NCBI GenBank assembly: GCA_003990765.1
Contig: RBNJ01000268.1
Location: 1-34,768, forward strand
Direction of reading: 5' to 3'
DNA: 34,768 nucleotides
Source of the DNA: Jimgerdemannia flammicorona
Lineage: Eukaryota
The notes beneath the pieces were generated by a model. That model was not told the DNA's origin, did not search any database, and worked only from the letters and a program-made list of their open reading frames with translations. A program made the translations under genes and the position numbers. Positions 12,493 to 22,600 of the stretch are shown one piece after another (the stretch's first letter is position 1; each line of letters opens with the position of its first letter).

Positions 12493-13015
12493 AGGTCGGG
12501 TGAGTTGGTGGAGAGGAAAAGTTGAATGTGGGAAGTGTTGGTGGTTTACCCGTCTGCTTTTCTGTCTACTTAACTCCTGTTAATATGTACATATTACATC
12601 GCATACATTTGTTGCCTTTCTGTTTTCCCATGTTTTTCAATTAATCCATTGGCTTTTTTCTTCTTTCTTTCTTCTTTTCTCTTTTCTTTTTTTAATTTTG
12701 ATATTTCGTGGTCTACCGCTAGGGTAAATGCGTAGGTAGTTTTGTTTTTGTTTTGTTTTTGCGATAAATTTCATTGATGTGTGGACGTTTTATAGCTTAC
12801 GCTCCCACATGGTTTATTGGACACGTTCAGTATTGCCTCTTTTCGTATTCTTCCAATAATGGTTTAGCTTTTGTATCTCCAATTGAAATTATATTAGCAA
12901 CACGATCACAACGCGTGGTGGTCGACTCGATTGATGACGTAATAGCATGAAATGTAATGGCGGCAAAGAATAAAGATATAATTATACGAGACTAGACAGA
13001 CAAGGTCTTCTTTCG

Positions 13016-13016
<1 letters not shown>

Positions 13017-13056
<40 letters not shown>

Positions 13057-13062
13057 TTTTTT

Positions 13063-13096
<34 letters not shown>
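13017..13096. repeat. Interrupted poly(T) tract (~80 nt)
   Basis: T-runs broken by two G's, located at the edge of the gene island. Confidence 0.9.
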
Positions 13097-13097
<1 letters not shown>

Positions 13098-13646
13098 GTG
13101 GTTGTGGAGCTAACCCGTTTTTCTATTTCTGTTTACTAATATTGGATGACTGATAAAGGATTCATCGTTCTTAGACTGGAAGTTTGTTACTAATTATAGA
13201 ATTTTATTTATTATTTTTTAACTGAGACTTTGTCTTCAGTATTTCTTTTTATTTCTAAGATTCTTTTAGTTCTTTCAGATTTTATATAAATATTTTCTTT
13301 GTTCTCTTAAATAAAGTTTAGAATATTCTCTTTTAAAATTCTTTTAAGAATATGTATTTAAATTTAAAATAGTTAGTAATTATAATAATAAGCTTTCTTA
13401 GAATACTTATATTATTAAGAAACTTAATATATATAGTTTAAGAAGTCTTTTTAATAAATTGAATTAAATCAAATACTAATTTAATTTAAAATTAATTCAA
13501 ATACATCTGTAATAAGAATTACATAGCGAACGGCGTCACGTGACCCGTCGATACCGTCACCATGCGACATGCGAACAAGACGAACGAGACGAGCAAACGA
13601 GACGAACGCGGAAAACGAGATACCAAACCCCCTGAATACTAGAGCC

Positions 13647-13897
13647 TGTACCAGTGCTGCAGCAACTGTATTACTTAACCAATGCATTACCAAAAGCATT
13701 TGTCCTGATCATAAAACCAAAAGCAATTGTCCTGAACACAAAAGGTTATTTGTTTTGTAAGAACAAACAACTAAAGCAGCCAAATACCAAATTAGCCATA
13801 TGTAGATAGCTAGAAAAACTGTGAAATATTACTTAGCCAACATGTATAAATACCCCAGCAATTGTATTAAAAATAAACCAACTCTTAGCCAAGTACA
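13647..13897 (+). repeat. Probable solo LTR (family C, ~250 bp)
   Basis: TGTAC...GTACA termini, internal GTATAAATACCCC followed by AATAAA, CpG-free. No TSD seen. Confidence 0.5.
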
Positions 13898-13962
13898 ATT
13901 CTCTCTCCATATATATATATTCTCTGAGTTTCTTAGTAATGAATAGTACTCTGAATGAGTCA

Positions 13963-14467
13963 ATCCAGATCAACTCAGATAGGATTTGAATCCCCATCTA
14001 GATGGATTCGAATCAACGATTGTTTTGATTTCCAAATTAGACAATTAACATCAATAACTTGATAAATAATCATCCAAATTTGATAATCTTAGTGTCATTT
14101 AAAAGCTCTTAATAAGGCCCTTCTAATGATATCAAGAACATTAAAATCGGATTGCACATTGCTAAGATATTAAGGAAAATGTTCTGTTTGATGAAATTTC
14201 CAAAATTAGCAAATCAATAATTTTCCAAATTGGCAATTCAGATGTTTTCCTTGATAACTCAGCAATGCATAATCTGATTTCAATATTCTTGGTATCATTA
14301 GAAAGACCTTATTAAGGGCTTTCAAATGACACCAAGATCATCAAATTTGGATGATTATTCATCAAGTTATTGATGTAAACATTTAATTGTTTAATTTGGA
14401 AATCAAAACAATTGTTGATTCAAATCCATCCAGATGGGATTTGAATTTCATTTAAGTTGATCTGGAT
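13963..14467. mobile_element. Foldback/MITE-like element with ~220-bp imperfect inverted arms
   Basis: 13963-~14185 is the reverse complement of ~14240-14467 (ATCCAGATCAACT...AGTTGATCTGGAT), with a ~55-bp spacer and no ORF. Confidence 0.75.
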
Positions 14468-14749
14468 GAGATTCAATCTGAATTAATTTGAACTTTAAGT
14501 TACTTTAATATTTCTAACTAAACTTCAGAAGTCTAGCTAACTTTTACCAGAACTAAGAACTGATATATAAATCTAAAAAGGAAACCTCTTTGAACCTAAA
14601 TTATAAGAGATTCAGTCTGTTTATAGCAAGAACAAGTCTTTTAGAATTATAATTACTAAAGAAGAGTAATATCTTTATTTTACTATAAAGAAATAGTATT
14701 TTCTTAATCTTAATAAATACTACTAAGTAAAAGAATAATTGAAAGACTT

Positions 14750-15215
14750 TATAAGAGGGTTGCTTTTTAGGGTAACTATTACATAGTTCTGGAGGGTTTT
14801 CTGGAAGTTTTGGATATTCTGGAAGACTGTTTTCTTATGATCAGGATCAATTTTATATAGAGTATGTCCTCTATACTTATTGATTTCTAGATTGGATTAA
14901 TGTCTCAACTAAAGTCCTTTTTTCAGACTAGTTCTGGATGTTCAGGATTTTCCATATTTCAGGAAGTTAAAAAAACTAAGACTAGCTTAGTTGAATTGGT
15001 GTATCACTGCAGACAATACCCAATTAAGAAATTTCACGATTGGGTTAGAAGTGGGACCTAATGGGGAGTGGATTTACTTAAGAGTGATTTGTGGATTATT
15101 AAATAGATTTATTCACTATTCATGATATTGCTATACTAGGAGTAGTTGTATGAAGGGATATTGTGGGAAAGTGCTCAGAAGTTATATTCAGATTATTCAA
15201 GTATTCAAGTCTGTT
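14750..15215 (-). repeat. Family B LTR fragment (R-U5 end)
   Basis: Aligns with 23427-~23885 and 31447-~31910. The terminal TGTAAG has decayed to TATAAG, and no PBS is adjacent. Confidence 0.85.
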
Positions 15216-16328
15216 CAGAGCATACCTTTCACCGGTAACATTCAGGTGATACAAGACTCAGGCAACACTTTCAACAACATTTTTAGTGAAAGGCAACTAG
15301 CAATATGGAAAGCAATAAATATACAGGTATACATACTAGGTCAGGTGGACCTAGGGCCTTTGACTGGCAGCAGATAGAGAGGGGTTATGGCCTGGAGATG
15401 GGGGCCTTCAGTGGGCCAAAGAGTAGAGAAGACTCTGGAGGGGAACTAGTATCCAGTGGCAATGGGGGAAGATCTGGTCTCCCAAGCTTCATAGACAAGG
15501 TTAAGGAGAGTGGATGGCTGGCTGGTACTAGGGCTGGTGCTGCTGAAGGGAAGGGCAAGGTGAGCCTTGGGAGGGGGAGTGGTGCTCTGGCTGGGAGTGC
15601 AGGTATAGGGGCTAGAGGTGCTGTAGCAGAGGGTGTGACTATTGATGAGAGTGTGATGGGGAATTAGAAAAAAAAAAAAGATGTGATGGCTAATGGCCAG
15701 GTGGGGTAGGGGTTCCCAATGCAGAAGGGGGATCTGGCAGATAGTGTAATGGGGCTGGTGGTGATCCTGTTGCTCAAGAAGTCAATCTTGGAGTTCGTGG
15801 TGACCTTATGCTTCCAGAGCTTAGCAGTGATGGTGAGGATGGTTCTGGGGCTTGTTTTGAAGCAGGTGGCTGGGGTGGCCTCAGTGAAGTTCTTGAAGAG
15901 TCTGGAGGGGGTCAAGGTGGGCTTTGAGGAGGCAGGCCCACTGGATGAGGCACTGAAGACTAGAGTCGTGATTAGGGAGGTGGTGGTCCCTATGGTGTGG
16001 TGTTTGTAATGGGACCCCAGGGTGGTGTAGCTTCTGGTGAAGGGGATGCCTACAGTGACTAAGGAGGAGACTAGGAAGAGGGTGGAGGAGGTGATGATTG
16101 AGTAGGTGATGTGGTAGACATCGGCTTTCAGATGTGGGAGGGGACAATGATCAGGATGGGTAACATTGATGTCAGGATTTGGCTGGCAGGCAAGGAGGCC
16201 ATGGGGAAGACAAGTGACTGGCCTTCTGTACTGATGTGGGGGGCATTTATCTATAAGGTATCAAGGATGAAGGGGAGTGAGGAGGAGGAGGAGGACTTGT
16301 TGGAGGCACTGGAGGAGATGAGTAGAGT
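15216..16328 (-). pseudogene. GC-rich but CpG-depleted coding-like relic of unknown origin
   Basis: Pro/Ser/Thr-rich minus-strand frames, a GTATGT donor-like site near 15335, and very few CpGs despite high GC. Confidence 0.35.
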
Positions 16329-17367
16329 AATACTAACTCAAGGACAACACTATCTATTATAAGGATAGATTGTATGTTCCAAACAACTGAGACCTCCAAA
16401 GAACTATCCTATTTGAATGTCATGATGCCCCTATAGCTGGATATTTAGGATTTGACAAATACTATAAAGTTATTTCCCGAAACTTCTATTGGCCCCATAT
16501 GGCAGATCAGCTCAAGACCTACATTACTTCCTGTGATGCCTGCCAATGGAACAAGTCCTCAACACTAGCAAAACCTGACTTACTCTACCCTATCTCAGTA
16601 CCATCTGCTAATTGAGAACAAATCTCTATGGACTTCATTGTATAACTACTCTGAACCAAGAATAGGAAAGATGCAATTGTTATCTTTGTAAACTATCTCA
16701 GTAAACAAGCCCACTTTATATCAACTACCACCACTACAATAGTACTAGATATAGCTACACTCTTGTTTAATAACATCTTCTGCTATCATAGTCTTCCTAA
16801 GATCATTGTTAGTGACTAAGATCCAAAATTCACCAGCCATTTTTGGAAAGCCCTCTATGTACACCTTGGAATGAAACTTGCACTATCCACAGCCTTTCAC
16901 CCTGAAACTGATGACCAAACTGAAAGAATGGACTGAACTCTAGAACAAATGCTAAGAAACTATGTTTCCCACAGACAAGATGATTGGTATGAACACCTCA
17001 CTGCAGTTAAGTTTACCTATAATAATAGCAAGCAAGTCTCTCTTGGAATGACCTCATTCTTTGCCAATACTGGACAAAACCTAAACACCTCTTTGACACT
17101 CATCCAAACTACTGAAGAACTCTCCACAGTCGAAGCTATTGAAGAATTCTTACTCCGAATATGTAATCTAAGCCAGATTGCAATTGAGAATTTATCACGA
17201 GCTCAAGAACAACAGTCACAGTATGTTAACCAATACTGCCAAGAAGAAACCTTTAATATTGGAGAAAAAGTTCTACTAGACATCTGAGAATACTAAGTTG
17301 ACAACCTCAAAGCTGAACAGCAAGTTCATTGGACTATTTGAAGTTATTATACAAATCTCTCTGACCT
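16329..17367 (+). pseudogene. Family B integrase fragment (heavily mutated)
   Basis: HHCC region (CHDAP..G...CDACQ), ISMDFI and FHPETD motifs. Aligns with ~25660-26715 and is interrupted by the LTR at 17368. Confidence 0.9.
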
Positions 17368-19632
17368 TGTAAGCACACAACCTCTAAGCCACCAAAATTG
17401 TATAGCATCCTCAGCACTAATTTGGAAACCACATGCGAGACTACAAAACAAGTTACTGAAGAGATCATCTGGTTACATGAAATATGCCAGCAAGTATAAG
17501 AACCCACCATCAAGATATAAGAATACTAGAAGAAGTACTATAACCACAAGACTGACTCCAAATCACTATAACTAGTTTGGTGTACTGTACTATTACAAAA
17601 GGAAACTGAAAGTATCAAACTCAAATTGAGACAAGAAGAATCCTATCTCATCTACCAAAAGGTTCACAAATTGTACTTATCAACTCAAGACCAAGATATA
17701 CTGTGACTATACAAGACCTCATTACTTAGCAGAAGTAAAATGCATTTGAACAACTCTGTTTACTCTATCTGTGTTATCTCCATTAGAGAGTGACAGATGC
17801 TTCATCTGAACTCAAGAAAGCTGACATCATCGAAACCAATCTCAAACCATCCATGTGATAGATATTACTACTAGAAATTGCCTCGGATTACAGAAAATAT
17901 TATTTCCAAGAGGTTTGAACCACCAGCCATGATATTGGGAGTCCTCGCCCTAGACAAGAATGGCCAGTCCTCACAAATGCACCAGCAGACTAAAAAAAAA
18001 AGAGAACCAAGACCTGTTATCCTTGTGCAACCACTGCCACCAAGGACAGCCTTAATCTTGTAAGAGATAGAAGTAACGGCACCTTGAAACTAATGATATC
18101 AGAAGTCAGAAAACTACTCAGACTTTGCCAGAGATAATGTCATTAATAGTGATATCATCAAAGACTACCCAGACAGTGTCTAAACCTATAAATAGCTTAG
18201 CAGTCATAGTATAGTTAGATTAGCCTTATACGATGTGACTGTGAACTGACTCAGCAGTCAGATGATCTCTTGATATGTCAGATTACTCTTGTACTATGTG
18301 ACTGCATTCCAACTCAGTAAGATACTAAGTACTATAATCTATATCTAGTATAGTACAGATAGCCCCTCACTAGTATAAATACCCCCTCCCCCAGACCTCA
18401 GAATTACAGACCTGAATAATCTGAACACAACTCCTAAGCACTTTCTACAATATTCCTTTACACAACTACTCCTAGTATAGTAATATCATGAATAGCAAAT
18501 AAACCTATTTAATAACCCACAAACTACTCTTAAGTAAATCCACTCTCCATTAGATTCCATTCCTAACCCTATCACGAAATTTCCTAATTGGGTATTGTCT
18601 GCAGCAATACACCAATTCAACTAAGCTGGTCTTAATTTCTTGAACTTCCTGAAATATGGAAAATTCTGAACATCCAGAACTAGTCTGAAAAAGGACTTTG
18701 GTTGAGACATCAACCCGATCTTGAAATCAATAAGCATAAAGGATGTACTCTATATGAAATTGATCTTGACCTTAAGAAAACAGTTTTCCAGAATATTCAG
18801 AACTTCCAGAAAACCCTTCCAGAACTATGTAACAGTTATCCTAAAAAAGCAATCCTCTTACAACTTGGTAGCAGCAGTTTATAATCTAATTCCACTTCAA
18901 GATGCTTCCTCACCCTACTACAAACCCTTCTGAGAATTCCTACAAGTTGATATAAAGCCCAACCTCTGAACTGGAATTTATCTAAACCATCTGACAATCT
19001 GGAGAGAATTGAACCTGATGTATAAGGACAATTTGATCTCCATATCTGCAACAAGTGGGACAAACTTCATTCAAAGAAAGAAATACTCCAGTTAAATCAG
19101 TAAATAGGTGAAATTCTATTCACTGAACTCCTTGCTCTATACCTAGCAAGTCAAGATGAAGAAGGTCTTATAGAAGCCTTCTTTACTCTTCTCAACAAGA
19201 GTTTTTGTCAGCTTCACAAATCTGAGTGACCTAGGATAACCAGCAGCAGTCTTTTTAGCCTTAGTTCCTCATGAAGCCCAAGTCTCTGTAGCTAAGTGGC
19301 TCAACTCTACTGACTTTTACTACACCAGGACCAAGATCACATTATACTACCAATTCCAGAACAGCAAGGCCCACCATATTCTTAAAGAAGAAGCAAGAGA
19401 AACCCTTCATCAACTACCTGACTCTGAACCAGAAGCAGGCCCAGCTACAGCTCTACCTGAACCAGAAACCAATACCAAACCAGAACTGACTTTAAATTAA
19501 GTCCATCTGAAATCAGATATACAACTGATTCTGTCTACTTTGACACTGAGCAAACCCAATTACACAGGGACCAAACTGAAGAAGAGGAGGAGTATCTCAG
19601 TGAATTCGATCCTGGATACACTACTGAAGGGA
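17368..19632 (+). mobile_element. Truncated family B copy: 5' LTR (17368-18862), PBS and gag leader
   Basis: TGTAAG...CTTACA LTR of ~1495 bp with no PPT before it (it is inserted into the integrase), PBS at 18866. Inverted match to ~22660-24925. Confidence 0.88.
18866..18877 (+). promoter_or_regulatory. PBS (tRNA-iMet type)
   Basis: TGGTAGCAGCAG lies 3 nt after the LTR end. The other copies read TGGTAGCAGTGG and TGGTAGCAGCAG, implying ancestral TGGTAGCAGCGG, similar to the eukaryotic iMet 3' complement TGGTAGC... Confidence 0.75.
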
Positions 19633-19633
19633 C

Positions 19634-22600
19634 ACAGATAAAGCGAACAGAGTTGTTCAAATGCGTTTTGCTTCTACTAAGTAATGAGGTCTTGTATAGT
19701 CATGGTATATCTTGGTCTTGAGTTGATAAGTACAGTTCGTGACCTTTTGATGGGTGAGATAGGGTTCTTCTTGTCTTGATTTGAGTTTGGTACTTTTGGC
19801 TTCTTTGTAATAGTACAGTACACCAAACTAGCTATAGCGGTTCAGAGTCAGTCTTATGGTTGTAGTACTTCTTCTAGTATTCTTGTATCTTGGCAGTGGG
19901 TTCTTGTGCTTGCTGGCATATTTGTGTAACCAGATGATCTCTTCGGTAACTTGTTTTGTAGTCTCGCATGTGGTTTCCAAATTAGTTCTGAGGATACCAT
20001 GCGATTTTAGTGGCTTGGAGGTTGTGCGCTTACAACTCTCCCCTTCTTAGCTTTCGACGTCCTCATCAGGGTCTTCTAATTTGTTCTAGTGTTATTGTAC
20101 CATTTGGATGGTTCTTGTGGCTATTTTTGTTGAGGATTTGTTCAACCTTGTATTCTTCTTGGTCATTAATAATGACAGGTGCAGGTGGTTCTGTGGTTCG
20201 GTTTGGGAATGTGTCTCGGACCTTCTGGAGTAGTGGTCTGACATGGCTGTCAACTTTGGAAAAATCTTCTTCAGAGTTCTTGGGTTCTCCTTTGGATGGT
20301 CAGATGGAGATAGTAAAGAGAGGGCATTTCTTGGCCAATTTCTTGAGTTGTAGCTTATTGATGTGGGTGATCTTTGGTCCAGGGTCACTAGAGTTGAGTG
20401 GGTCCTTTTTGCCTTGTAGTTTGAAGTTGTGGCGTCCTTTCTTGATGGTCAGGGAATGGTTTACCCAATCAATCATGGAGTTCTCTTGTTTTAACCATGG
20501 AGTCCCAAGGATGATTTCATTGTCAGGAAGTGGTACGATTTGGAGGGTAACATGTACTCGGTAGTCGCCAATTCGGAAGGGTAGATTGCAGACTTCTTTG
20601 CTAATAACATGCGAGGTTCCATCAGCTGTAGCAACTGCTTGAGTTTGCTGTACTGGGGAGGTGAAGACCTTGAGTCTGTTTGCTGTCTCTTCATTGATGA
20701 AGTTGCCTGAGGCACCACTGTCTATCATAATCTTGACAGGTGCTCCATTGACAAAAGCTTTAAGGGTGAGCAGTTTGTCTGATCCAATTGTGGTGATTTC
20801 GGTTGTAGGAGCCTTTCTTCTGTTGGTTCTTCTTTGAGCCAATTCGTTGACACAAGAGAAGCAATCATCAATCATTCGGGAAGAGTACATTTCAATACCA
20901 TGAGGGCATCGGCCACTTGGTACATATCCATCTTCTATCTTCTTGTAGAATTGTTCTTCTTTGCTTACAGTAGGTTGGGCTGGGGCCTTGTTTGATGAGC
21001 CAAATCCTTTGGATCCTCAGATGGTGGGTAGTAGTTCAGGGACTTCCTTGACTGTCAGGGTTGACTCAATTTTTTCGAATAGGATCTGGGCGATGCAGAA
21101 GCCAATAGGGATCTTGAAGGGTGTCCAACTGTGGTTTCAAATGAGGACAATAATTTCGCCTGTATAATCTTCGTCAATGATTTCTCCTTCTACTGAAAGT
21201 CCTTTCAGTGCTAGGCTGCTGCGACAGCATATTCTTCCAACATGTCCTTCAGGGATTTGGATACTGATTCCTGTATAGACTTGTTTGACTTCTCGGTTGG
21301 AAACTGTAGCTTCTTCGGCTGCATACAGGTCATATCCAGCTGCTTTTTGACTTCCTTTGGTTGGGGCCTTAGTAGTTTGTCTTAACTTGACAAAGTCTAG
21401 TATTTTGGTGGTCAGGTTGTTGAGGTGGTGCAGAGTAGTAACAGTTGCTCGTGTTGCTGTTCGGGGTTTTTGGTTGGGGCAGACACTGGCCATGTGTCCT
21501 GTCTTTCGGCAATAGAAGCATGCTCCACTTCTTCGAAGTTCATTCCTTTCGCCTTCAGTGAGTTTCTTGAAGGTACTCAGCTGGGTGGGTTCATGATTTC
21601 TGGGTGTCCACGAGGTGGATGTGGAGGGAGCTTGGGATGCTTCATGTTTGGGTTCTTCTTTCTTAGTCCAAGTCTTTTCCTTGTTATTGAATTGCCTTCG
21701 GGACAGAATTGGTCCAGTTGTTAGGATTCGCTTGACCATAGTCTTGATTCTTGCCAGGCACTATTGTTGGTGATTGCAACCAACTGGGCAGCCTTGTTCT
21801 CGGATTTTTCTAGTAAGCCATTCAGGCAGGGCATCGAATAAATGGTCTGCTCTTGTACCATTTCGTGCTTCATCATTGGCAATGTATCCTAGGCCAACAG
21901 TGTTCAGGAGTGACTTGAGTTTTGTACAGAAGGTTTCGAATTCTTCTTTGCCATGTACATCAAATTTGAGGTTGCAGAGTTTTACTTGAGATTCAGCAAT
22001 CATGGTCTTGCTGCGATATTGTGCAATCATGAGTTGTTTGAGTCCAGGGGCTGCAGGATGGGCTCCATATCCTGGGGCATTGTTTGCTGCATTCTGAGCA
22101 ACTACTGCAGGTCGGATATCCCATGTGAGGGGTTTTTCAGGAAGCGTTCGCCACCATTCTTCGGCAGGTCCTCGGAAGAATGTAACAACTCGGTGGACAT
22201 AGGCTGTAGTCATAGCAAAGAGTTGTTCCAGGGTGTAGTCTTGATTATTTGTCAGAACGCGGTCAGCAACTCGCTCATTGGTCCATTGATTGGCTTCAAA
22301 GTTGGTGTCAACTATACTAATGAAGCTTTGGACTTCTTGTGCAGTACCATTGAAGGTAGGTAGGCTCAGATTTTTGGTAGGTTGGGTCTGTTCAGCTAAG
22401 GTAGTAATGGTTGCTGCCATTATAGCCACTTGGGCTGTGAGGTCTAGAATCTGTTGGTTCGCCATGTTGTTTACTAGAGGTGGCTGGACTGCTGGTAGTG
22501 GTGTTACTGGTACTACTTGAGGTACTGGTACAGAGTGTGATGGGGTTCTTTGGGTCTGTGTAAGTTGCTGGAGTAGTAGTTGTGGATCTGGAGTGAGGGC

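Noticed and set aside
18702..18884. Ty1-style Gag start inside the LTR U5
   Set aside because: It is in frame with the leader in this copy only. The other LTR copies have 1-2 nt indels there, and no ATG is present.
20990..21400. dUTPase as a counter-defence against the C>T hypermutation
   Set aside because: dUTPase lowers the dUTP pool and does not prevent deamination of genomic cytosine. The dUTPase copies themselves carry such stops.
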